Below, piece after piece: positions 17,100-25,733 of a stretch of 64,000 nt of DNA. Position 1 is the first letter of the stretch. Every line of letters begins with the position of its first letter. A program made the translations under genes and the position numbers. The DNA is taken from positions 24,171 to 88,170 of the IMG/VR virus record IMGVR_UViG_3300002092_000032; one strand, 5' to 3'. This DNA is from a virus. The notes beneath the pieces were generated by a model. It worked only from the letters and a program-made list of their open reading frames with translations. It searched no databases and was not told the DNA's origin.

Positions 17100-17131
17100 A
17101 GTATACTATGCCTGTTGCAGAATTGCAACAG
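17100..17131 (-). promoter_or_regulatory. Sigma70-like promoter for gp55 with an overlapping palindrome
   Basis: TTGCAA-17 bp-TATACT; inverted repeat CTGTTGCA-GAAT-TGCAACAG at 17112-17131. Confidence 0.6.
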
Positions 17132-17161
17132 TTAAGGGTAATTTTTGCGGTTTTTTGAAGT

Positions 17162-17190
17162 GATAAATACTATTACTAGTATTATTTATC
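17162..17190. promoter_or_regulatory. Face-to-face late promoter pair (GATAAATA-13 nt-TATTTATC)
   Basis: Inverted pair between the divergent gp55 and baseplate genes; the plus copy is preceded by a T-tract. Confidence 0.65.
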
Positions 17191-17210
17191 TGACAGGATT
17201 TTAGTGGATT

Positions 17211-18611
17211 ATGACAACAGCATCACAAAAGGTTGGTAATTATGGATTTCTTACTGTTTCTGCACCAGGAAACGGTACAGCGCCAATGACCTACTCATTC
17301 AGGTCATCTAACGGGGCCGTAAATGGCGGTATTAACAATGCAACTGCGGCTGATTTAGGTAGTTATACTCAAGCACCTTATAGCGGAGACAGAACACAAA
17401 CGATACTAAGATTTGCAAACGGAAGTCAAGTAATAGTACCGAATGGTGACGTTCAATCGTTCACTTTAGCATTAGTTCAAGCAGTCCCTCCGGTTAACGG
17501 AAAGCTTTTTGATACAGCAGTTACGGCAGGAGTAGATAAAACTGTCACTACTCCTGCTGTATCAACAACAAAGCCAGCAGCGACTACGGCAACATCTACT
17601 CCTGCCCCTGCCCCTACACCCAAACCCGTCTCGAAAACAGCGGCGGCTACGGTCCCAGCCCCTACACCAACCACCACGCCTAAACCCGTCCCGAAGTTAA
17701 CTCCGCCCGCCGCATCTGCATCAGCAACAGCAAATGTAGTACCGAAAATAAGTGCTACTGTGCCAGGTCCCGGTGGAATAACTGCTCAAAAAGCCGACGC
17801 CCAGCAGACTCCTTATATTCAGGATCAAACAAACGCTGTTGCTCAAAAAGACTGGAGAGTGCGTGTTGCATTGTCCTCATCTAAGAGTGTTACCTATCTT
17901 TACAATGATCCGGATAATGCACTTCTTAAACCGCTACACAATACAAGTGGTGTCATATTCCCTTATACTCCTACTATTACTGTAAACTATACCGCTCAAT
18001 ATGATCCAACCACACTAGTTCATAGTAATTATAAGGTATTTCAATATGGAAGTAGTGCAGTGGATAGCGTATCTATTAGTGGTGATTTTACTGCACAGGA
18101 TGTCCATGAAGCAAATTATATGTTAGCAGTAATACATTTCTTTAGAACCATGACTAAGATGTTTTATGGACAAGACACCAATCCTAAACCAGGTACACCT
18201 CCTCCTCTCTGTTATCTATATGGATTAGGAGAGTATCAATTTGCTGGTCAACCAATGGCTATACAAGGATTTACATACACGACTCCTTTAGATGTTGACT
18301 ACATCGCAACTACTGGTCCGGCACCGACAGGCGCTACACAGAAAAACATAAATCCTAATGCTAATAGCAACTCAAGAATAGGGTCCGGTACACCTCTAGC
18401 GGTCGGCGGAGTTGCTCAGCCTACAAAATGGCCAAGCACACCTGTGTCAGCAGGAAAAGGGGCAACATATGTCCCTACGAGAATAAACATGTCAGTAACA
18501 TGCGTGCCGATGATGAGTAGAAATCAAGTCTCTAACAAATTTAGCTTGAAAGACTATGCTAACGGAACACTATTAAAAGGCACACAAAATTCAACAGGAG
18601 CATTCTGGTAA
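17211..18611 (+). CDS. Baseplate tail-tube initiator/cap (gp48/gp54-like) with an N-terminal domain and Pro/Thr/Ala linker
   Basis: GVIFPYTPTITVNYTA.YD...VHSNY...ISGDFTAQ...AVIHFFRTMTKMFYG core; first gene of the baseplate cluster. Confidence 0.55.
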   Translation: MTTASQKVGNYGFLTVSAPGNGTAPMTYSFRSSNGAVNGGINNATAADLGSYTQAPYSGDRTQTILRFANGSQVIVPNGDVQSFTLALVQAVPPVNGKLFDTAVTAGVDKTVTTPAVSTTKPAATTATSTPAPAPTPKPVSKTAAATVPAPTPTTTPKPVPKLTPPAASASATANVVPKISATVPGPGGITAQKADAQQTPYIQDQTNAVAQKDWRVRVALSSSKSVTYLYNDPDNALLKPLHNTSGVIFPYTPTITVNYTAQYDPTTLVHSNYKVFQYGSSAVDSVSISGDFTAQDVHEANYMLAVIHFFRTMTKMFYGQDTNPKPGTPPPLCYLYGLGEYQFAGQPMAIQGFTYTTPLDVDYIATTGPAPTGATQKNINPNANSNSRIGSGTPLAVGGVAQPTKWPSTPVSAGKGATYVPTRINMSVTCVPMMSRNQVSNKFSLKDYANGTLLKGTQNSTGAFW

Positions 18612-18934
18612 TGTCGTTGTCATCTAATCAAGGCTTTTATCCAGCTACTAGTCCTTATACTAATACTAGTATAATAAACAACAAATATTTGGATGTGATG
18701 AACTATCTTCCGATACCGATGTATCCGAGTGATGTTTACTATGTAATTCCAAAAGTTTATCAATACAGACCGGACATGTTGGCATACGACTTGTATACTG
18801 ATGCAAGATTATGGTGGGTGTTTGCATCTCGTAATCCTAATCTACTAGGACCTGATCCATACTTTAATTTCACTGCTGGTTTAGGAATATATATACCTAC
18901 ATTGACTACCATACAGACGGTATTAGGAACGTAA
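18611..18934 (+). CDS. gp53: Baseplate wedge protein, gp53-like (LysM-type)
   Basis: YQYRPDMLAYDLYTDARLWWVFASRN motif; 1-bp TAATG overlap with the upstream gene. Confidence 0.8.
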   Translation: MSLSSNQGFYPATSPYTNTSIINNKYLDVMNYLPIPMYPSDVYYVIPKVYQYRPDMLAYDLYTDARLWWVFASRNPNLLGPDPYFNFTAGLGIYIPTLTTIQTVLGT

Positions 18935-18937
18935 TAG

Positions 18938-21334
18938 ATGGCATTAACTGGTACATCAAGCGATGAGAGTGGTGCAGTAAAATCAACAACTCCTAAAACA
19001 CTATCTCCGGGAACTCCAGGTGGAGCAGGCTCTGCTGGAGCCCCTAGTAGTAGTCAAAATGGCACTTCCCCTACTACTAAAGCTGGTCCAATTAATCCTC
19101 CTGCATCTGCCCCTGTTTCTCCTATTGATACTACGTCAACTCCTCCAATCAACACCTCAAAACCAGGAAAAAGATTAAAAAATCCATTAGGAGAATTTGC
19201 TAGTTACACATATCAGATAAGTTTATACATGATTACTCCTGATGCTTACGATGCTTTTATCTCGTCAGGTAGAACTAATATCAATGCAATAAAAGGCATA
19301 ACACCTTCCGGTGGAGCAACTGCCGCTAACATACCTAAACAAGGAGGGGCATTTCTTATCGCTCAGAGCGGTGGCATAAACAATACCACCGACGCCCGTG
19401 CCGAGGGGTTTAACTTTGACTATTATATAGATAATCTCTCATTTACAACAAGCATCATGTCTCAAGGTGCAGCTATAGTTACTGACATTGAATTTACTGT
19501 AACTGAACCATACGGATTCTCGTTCATTCAAAATCTAAAAAGAGCATCTGACGCTATATCACAATATTTGGGTGCTAACACAGAATACCTCTCTTTTGCA
19601 AAACAATTTTTCATATTAGGCATAAGATTTTTTGGGTATGATCAACAAGGAAGATTAGTTAAACCAGACAATCAATTTTTCGGTTCTAGTTTAGATCCAA
19701 GCTCAGTTGACGGTTCATTGTTTCAACAATATTTTGACATTCAGTTAACCGGCATGACTTCTAAGCTTAATGGTAAGACGATGACATATCAATGTATTGC
19801 TACTGGATTATCTCCAGGCACTGCATATAGCCAGTCTAAAGGTACTTTACCTAGCGATCATCCTATAACTGCTACTACAGTAGGTGATGCTTTAACTAAA
19901 CTTCAAAATCAACTCAATGACGAGCAACAAAAAATAGTTAGCATCGGATCACAGACTTATCCTATTGCCTATAATTTTAGATTTGCACCCGGATCAGAAG
20001 TTATCTCTCAGGCCCCAATAGTTTCTCCGGCAGACCTAGATAAAAGTAAATGGGCAGGAAGTGGGGCTAAAACTACTAGCCAATCTAATGCTAGCAAAGA
20101 AACAACCGCTACTCCTGATAATAACTCAAGAAATATAATTTTTACCGCTAGTACTACTATACCGCAAGCAATACAACAAGTCATCACGCAGAGCGAATAT
20201 TTACGCAAAGCATTGACTGTAGTATATGCATCCTCACTGCAATCAGATCAACTAAAGGACGCCCCTCCAGAAATAACATCGTCTAGAGATAAGCCGATAA
20301 GTTGGTATAGGTGCACTACAGAGATTTCAAATGCTAGATGGGATCCTAAGTTAAACAATTGGATAACTGATATAACCTATGTGATACATGAGTATGATAC
20401 TCCGGTAGTTGCTAGTAGTTATGCTAGTTCTACTCTGAAGTATTATGGGCCACATAAAAGATATGACTACTGGTATACGGGTCAAAATAGCGAAGTAATC
20501 AGCTATGAACAAACGCTAGATACGTTGTGGACTACTACTGTGGTTATTCCCCCTGATCCAAATAATACTACTGGCCCACCCGCACCACCTGCAGGAACAG
20601 CAAGTCCTAGTACTACTCAAAATCCAAAAACTCCTAATACTCAGTCTCCTTTACCTAGGACTAACACACAGGGATATGCAGCCTCTGCCCAAAATAATTA
20701 CCTTACTAGTCTATATGACCTCAATGCGTATGCGGTAGCTAGTATAACTATTCTAGGAGATCCGGATTTTTTGATTCAGGATTCTGATACAAGCGTAAAT
20801 CAGGTATATGACAAGTATTACGGAAGTGATGGTTTTACTATAAGTGCTAACGGCGGGCAAGTCTTTATTGAAATTGATTTCAAAGAAGCGATTGATTACA
20901 CTAATTCCGGACAAGGCGGTATTAATTCTACAGAAGGTGGCACTTTAAGTATTAACAATTCTATCTTGTTTTACCCATACCCTCCTCCTCTTGATAAAAT
21001 AATACACGGAATAAGTTTACAGGTAAGACAAGTAGTAAGTAAATTCACAGGTGGAAAATTTACACAGGATTTGGATTGTTTCATGAATGATTTTGGACAA
21101 GTAAGTGCAGATGCTAATGGGGTTGGAGAGGCAACAAGTAACTCACCGGGAACCGGCCCGGTCGCAGGAAATTCTGCGGTGACAACCAGCAATACTGGCA
21201 TGAAAACTGATCCTAATGTCAATACTACTAAACCACAAGCACCGACTAAAAATTCTAACCAAGCTCCTGCTCAGCCAGTAACAAATACTGGCCCCGGCGG
21301 AAAACCCGTCGCAGGCGATCATGGAGGAGGATAA
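18938..21334 (+). CDS. Putative baseplate hub protein (positional gp27 analogue)
   Basis: 798 aa between gp53-like and gp5-like genes; C-terminal ITILGDPDFL...VVSKFTGGKFTQDL beta-rich segment resembling hub proteins. Confidence 0.45.
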   Translation: MALTGTSSDESGAVKSTTPKTLSPGTPGGAGSAGAPSSSQNGTSPTTKAGPINPPASAPVSPIDTTSTPPINTSKPGKRLKNPLGEFASYTYQISLYMITPDAYDAFISSGRTNINAIKGITPSGGATAANIPKQGGAFLIAQSGGINNTTDARAEGFNFDYYIDNLSFTTSIMSQGAAIVTDIEFTVTEPYGFSFIQNLKRASDAISQYLGANTEYLSFAKQFFILGIRFFGYDQQGRLVKPDNQFFGSSLDPSSVDGSLFQQYFDIQLTGMTSKLNGKTMTYQCIATGLSPGTAYSQSKGTLPSDHPITATTVGDALTKLQNQLNDEQQKIVSIGSQTYPIAYNFRFAPGSEVISQAPIVSPADLDKSKWAGSGAKTTSQSNASKETTATPDNNSRNIIFTASTTIPQAIQQVITQSEYLRKALTVVYASSLQSDQLKDAPPEITSSRDKPISWYRCTTEISNARWDPKLNNWITDITYVIHEYDTPVVASSYASSTLKYYGPHKRYDYWYTGQNSEVISYEQTLDTLWTTTVVIPPDPNNTTGPPAPPAGTASPSTTQNPKTPNTQSPLPRTNTQGYAASAQNNYLTSLYDLNAYAVASITILGDPDFLIQDSDTSVNQVYDKYYGSDGFTISANGGQVFIEIDFKEAIDYTNSGQGGINSTEGGTLSINNSILFYPYPPPLDKIIHGISLQVRQVVSKFTGGKFTQDLDCFMNDFGQVSADANGVGEATSNSPGTGPVAGNSAVTTSNTGMKTDPNVNTTKPQAPTKNSNQAPAQPVTNTGPGGKPVAGDHGGG

Positions 21335-21340
21335 AATCAC

Positions 21341-24300
21341 ATGCCAATAGACTCTATTAAAACATTTGGTCCTACCAAAGCGAGTAAACCAGATACTGGT
21401 GGTGCTATCACTAAGATGGTTCCTCTTTTTGGAATCGTTAAAGATAACATTGATCCTACTCGTGCAGGAAGAATCAAAGTCTTGCTATCTGATAAGCCAC
21501 CGATGGACTCTGATACCTCTGATCATTGGGTAACTGTCAGCTATCTGAGCACCTTCTTTGGCCAAGTAGGAAGCACTGCTGGAAATGACGGCCACGGGAC
21601 CTACAAGTCCAATCCTAGTTCATATGGTATGTGGCACGCACCTCCTGATATAGGCACCACTGTAATCTGCATATTCATAAACGGAGATCCCAACTACGGT
21701 TTCTATATAGGATCAGTGCCGTCGGCAGAAACATTGCACATGGTACCTGCTATCGGTTCTTCAGACAATATCGTTGCTAATGAAGGAGAAGCACAGGGTT
21801 TCGGCGGGGCAGTACGACTCCCGGTAACTAACATCAATACGAACAACGCACCAGTAACCAACAGCCCTGAATTTAACTCAGCACCTCGTCCGGTTCATAG
21901 TTATTCTGCTGCGATCATGAATCAACAAGGAATCATCCGGGATCCTATTCGCGGCCCTATATCATCAAGTGCGTCTCGTGAAACAGCGAGTAGAGTAGGT
22001 TGGGGTGTATCTACTCCAGGTAGACCTATCTATCAAGGTGGATATGATGATTCTACAGTTGTAAATAATCTGACTTCTGATAAAGATACTCAATTAAAAG
22101 TTGTTGCAAGACGAGGGGGTCACAGTCTCGTCATGGATGACGGAGATATTATCGGAAGAGATCAATTAATCAGACTAAGAACTGCATTAGGCCATCAAAT
22201 TCTAATGAGCGATGATGGTCAGACTCTCATGATACTTCATTCTAATGGACAGAGTTACATTGAATTAGGTAAAGAGGGAACGATTGATATGTATTCCACT
22301 AATTCAGTTAACATCAGAACTCAAGGAGACTTGAATCTTCATGCTGACCAAGATATCAATGTTCATGCTATGGGTAAGTTTAATGTGCAGGCTAAGAGCA
22401 TCAACACCAACTCTGAAACAACGACCCAGATGCGGGCCACTACTGACATTAACTTTGGTGCATTAGGAAAGATCACTGGTCTAGCAGGCGGGGCTATTGC
22501 TTGGGGGGCCGGCGGAGATGCGAGCCTAGTAGGTGGTGGACAAACATATGTAAACGGTTCTAAAGTCAATCTAAACAGCGGATCACCTAGCACCTCACCA
22601 GCTAGCGTCCCTAATATTCCTTTTATAGCACAGACTGACACCCTGCATGATAGCACGAAAGGGTATATGGCCGCCCCTGCAAAGTTACTTACTATCTGCT
22701 CTCGTGCCCCTGCTCACGCACCATGGGCTAATGCAGGTCAAGGAGTAGATGTAAAAACGAATCTTGATGCTGCTGCTAACTTACCACCGGCCCCTTCACC
22801 AGCAGTTGCTGCAACTAATACTGCTGGAGCAGCAACTGCCCCTTCTCCACCAGCAAGTGCTACAGTGGCATCTGCGCCAGTAACAGCCGCCCCCTCAGCA
22901 GGCATAAGCACTAATACGACAAGTGCAACTCTAGCTGCTCAAGCAACTTCAGCAGCTACAGGCCCAGCAGCACCCGCTGTAAAACAAGGTGCTGGTGTTA
23001 TCCAAACATCTACAGGCAACGTTGCCGTAGTAGGTGCATTTGCCCAGACTCCTGCTCAGTTAGTCAGCGGTAATGTATTAAAACCTGGCTCTGATACTCT
23101 TATCACCGGCCTCGTTCAACGGGGTGCAAACATAGCACATGCGATGTCAGCATCATTGTTTACCGGAATTTCTGGTGTAAGAAATCTAACAAGTCTGATT
23201 GAGGACACTACTGCACAGGCTAGCGGCATCGTTAACAGTATGCAAAAAGCACAGACAGCATTGACAGCAATCGGAGCAGTGACCGGCAAAGAAGCTCCGG
23301 CCGCATTGACTGGATTAGTTCACTCAGCAACTACCGTAGGGATCGGATCAACCATTAGTGCAATTAGACAAGTATCAGGGTCGTTGAATAATGTCTCTAC
23401 TGCATTGAGTAATATCACAGAAGCAGCAAGTTCAATTGCCGGAGTATCAGCTAATGCCTCTAGGTTATTAGGCGGAGGAACCGGCGGAATTAGCCCTACA
23501 GCAGGCTCTCTTGCTGGTTTAGCATCCGGAGCACTAAACGCCGGTGATGCATTAGCCTCAGTTACTGGATCAGTCAACAGGATAGGCAGTGCCCTTAGTG
23601 CTATCGGGGCAGGCGGGGCAGCAGCAAAACTAGCTACTAGTCTGACAGGTGGATTAGGTGGGGTGGCAAGTGCATTAACTGCTATGGGTTCAGTTTCTAG
23701 AAATTTGACATCACTGCTAGACCAGAGCAAAGGAATAGCAGGGTCGGCCTTCAGTGCAATCTCAAAATCGTTTGTGCCGTTGAAAGCAGGTGTCCCCCAA
23801 AATCTTACTTCTATTGCCAAAGAAAATGCCGCCGCCACTGCCACTGTTGCTAGTCAAACATCTCAACAAAGTAGTTCTTTATTAGGGAAAGCAACTGGAG
23901 CATTGGGTTCAGGAGCTACCAGATCAGTTTCTAGTCTAGCAAAAGGCGCCCTTGGTTCAATGTCCGGAGCAGTATCCGCAGTGACAGCTACTGCTTCTTC
24001 ATTGAGCAACATTGCTAAAACAATTGTAGAGGTAAATAACAGCATCACCTCAATTGCCGGAGAAATATCTTTTGCTGGCAGATCCTTATCGTCTGCTGCG
24101 AGGGCGATAAGTGGAACATCTACTGAGACTACTGTAGGTGGAATAACAGGTGCAACAAATTCTATCTCTGATGAAGTGACAGGTCATGCACTTAACACTA
24201 CTATCGGTGGAATAGATAATGCAGTAAACAATGTTGCTGCTATTGCGGGAGCAGGTTCAACACTAGCATCCGGTGGTTTACCGGCCCTATCAAATGCAGC

Positions 24301-25144
24301 AGCCGTGATCCAACAAGGTGCATCGGCTGCAACATCGTCAGTGCTTGCTAGCGGAGTAAGCAATCTGCCCGGCGGAATTAACACAGTGTCAGCAGTTCTT
24401 AATAATGAAAAAGGGGCACCTAACGTTATACCCGGAACAAATGCTCTTTCTGGATTAATCAATGATGAACACTCCTCAGCAATAAATGCAGTCTCATCTG
24501 CCGCAGGTCCACTAGGAGGATTGACATCTGCTGCTGATAGACTAACTAACCTAGCGACTTCTGCCAATAACGGAATTGGTGGAGCATTGGGTGCGGCAAG
24601 TTCTTTAAGTGGTAGTTTAGAAAAGCTTCCCGGTGCATTAGGTGCCGCTGCAAGTAAGCTAGGAGGATTGACTACCCTAGCTTCTGCTGGATTATCAGTA
24701 GGTGCAATCGCACAACTGCAATCTGCTATCGCATCATTATCATCAGGTGGTCCGGCAGCAATCAATCTACCTACAGTTGGCTTCAACACGAACGATCGGG
24801 CATCTATCACCGCCCAAACAACGACTCTACTCGGTGATCCAGGAATACCTCCTCCTAATCTTACTGGGGCAGTACCCACAGAAGCCGTATCTACTTATGA
24901 ATCGCACAAAGCAGCAAATGATGCGTTGTCTAATGAATTCAAAAAAATAACAGATGAATTCATTACATTAACTAATGCATCGCTTGCTGCTCATGGCGCA
25001 TTCACCGAAGCCAACAATACATATCCAGCTGGCGACCCTGCAATTGCAGCAGCATATGATAAATGGAAAGCAGCCCAGGCCGCAGCTATTGTGGTTCGGG
25101 ACAAAGGGTTAGCATTTCAAAAGGCTCACCCTGAGTTTGCCTAA
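21341..25144 (+). CDS. gp5: Central spike protein, gp5/VgrG-like, with a long Ala/Gly/Ser-rich C-terminal extension
   Basis: OB-fold GIVKDNIDPTRAGRIKV...APPDIGTTVICIFINGD; beta-helix GHSLVMDD...GHQILMSDD...YIELGKEGTIDMY; about 780 aa of low-complexity tail. Confidence 0.75.
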   Translation: MPIDSIKTFGPTKASKPDTGGAITKMVPLFGIVKDNIDPTRAGRIKVLLSDKPPMDSDTSDHWVTVSYLSTFFGQVGSTAGNDGHGTYKSNPSSYGMWHAPPDIGTTVICIFINGDPNYGFYIGSVPSAETLHMVPAIGSSDNIVANEGEAQGFGGAVRLPVTNINTNNAPVTNSPEFNSAPRPVHSYSAAIMNQQGIIRDPIRGPISSSASRETASRVGWGVSTPGRPIYQGGYDDSTVVNNLTSDKDTQLKVVARRGGHSLVMDDGDIIGRDQLIRLRTALGHQILMSDDGQTLMILHSNGQSYIELGKEGTIDMYSTNSVNIRTQGDLNLHADQDINVHAMGKFNVQAKSINTNSETTTQMRATTDINFGALGKITGLAGGAIAWGAGGDASLVGGGQTYVNGSKVNLNSGSPSTSPASVPNIPFIAQTDTLHDSTKGYMAAPAKLLTICSRAPAHAPWANAGQGVDVKTNLDAAANLPPAPSPAVAATNTAGAATAPSPPASATVASAPVTAAPSAGISTNTTSATLAAQATSAATGPAAPAVKQGAGVIQTSTGNVAVVGAFAQTPAQLVSGNVLKPGSDTLITGLVQRGANIAHAMSASLFTGISGVRNLTSLIEDTTAQASGIVNSMQKAQTALTAIGAVTGKEAPAALTGLVHSATTVGIGSTISAIRQVSGSLNNVSTALSNITEAASSIAGVSANASRLLGGGTGGISPTAGSLAGLASGALNAGDALASVTGSVNRIGSALSAIGAGGAAAKLATSLTGGLGGVASALTAMGSVSRNLTSLLDQSKGIAGSAFSAISKSFVPLKAGVPQNLTSIAKENAAATATVASQTSQQSSSLLGKATGALGSGATRSVSSLAKGALGSMSGAVSAVTATASSLSNIAKTIVEVNNSITSIAGEISFAGRSLSSAARAISGTSTETTVGGITGATNSISDEVTGHALNTTIGGIDNAVNNVAAIAGAGSTLASGGLPALSNAAAVIQQGASAATSSVLASGVSNLPGGINTVSAVLNNEKGAPNVIPGTNALSGLINDEHSSAINAVSSAAGPLGGLTSAADRLTNLATSANNGIGGALGAASSLSGSLEKLPGALGAAASKLGGLTTLASAGLSVGAIAQLQSAIASLSSGGPAAINLPTVGFNTNDRASITAQTTTLLGDPGIPPPNLTGAVPTEAVSTYESHKAANDALSNEFKKITDEFITLTNASLAAHGAFTEANNTYPAGDPAIAAAYDKWKAAQAAAIVVRDKGLAFQKAHPEFA

Positions 25145-25147
25145 CAC

Positions 25148-25155
25148 GATAAATA
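25148..25155 (+). promoter_or_regulatory. Late promoter motif GATAAATA
   Basis: Upstream of the AAGGA SD and ATG of the gp25-like gene. Confidence 0.6.
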
Positions 25156-25172
25156 CTACAAAGGAATAACAA

Positions 25173-25685
25173 ATGGCACAGTATGTCGGCTTCAGCACTC
25201 AGAATGTATGTCAACCTAGAAGTAACAACATCCAGATTGGCAGCGTAGGTACGAGTTATACTGCTGTAGGTCCTAACGGACTTACTCCAATCAATGGATA
25301 TGGTGTTACTTCAGGATTAGGTTCAACGATTTCACCTATCTACTCTGGTAAAAAGTTTCTTACTCTCGACCAGCAACTTGTCATCAGAGATTTCATCAAC
25401 GCATTGAATATTCCACGAGGACAAAAGGTAGGACAACCTGGCTACGGTACTGGTATCTGGGATTACCTCTTTGAACCAAATACGCCGGACTTGCAAATAC
25501 TACTAGAAAACGATATCAGAAGTATTGCAGCAAATGACCCGAGAATAGATATTAACTACCTGAAATCTTACACGCAAGAGAATGGAATTTTGTTAGAAAT
25601 TCAGCTTGCTATTCTTCCCTTTAATAATCCACAAACACTTAATGTGTTTTTTAATTCTCAGAATAATTCTGCCTCATTAGTATAA
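25173..25685 (+). CDS. gp25: Baseplate wedge protein, gp25-like
   Basis: ALNIPRGQKVGQPGYGTGIWDYLFEP...IAANDPRI, the GPW/gp25 pattern. Confidence 0.85.
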   Translation: MAQYVGFSTQNVCQPRSNNIQIGSVGTSYTAVGPNGLTPINGYGVTSGLGSTISPIYSGKKFLTLDQQLVIRDFINALNIPRGQKVGQPGYGTGIWDYLFEPNTPDLQILLENDIRSIAANDPRIDINYLKSYTQENGILLEIQLAILPFNNPQTLNVFFNSQNNSASLV

Positions 25686-25704
25686 AATCCACTTTTTTGA
25701 TAAT

Positions 25705-25712
25705 GATAAATA
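25705..25712 (+). promoter_or_regulatory. Late promoter motif GATAAATA
   Basis: TTTTTTGATAATGATAAATAC, the same context as 17151-17170. Confidence 0.6.
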
Positions 25713-25733
25713 CTTAATCAAAAGAGAGTAGCC

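Noticed and set aside
22363-24879. Long antisense ORFs (22363-22656, 23320-23844, 24184-24879, and similar ones at 3104-3512, 7505-8608, 47793-48224)
   Set aside because: Expected shadows of GCN/GGN-rich or repetitive coding strands; no SD or motifs.
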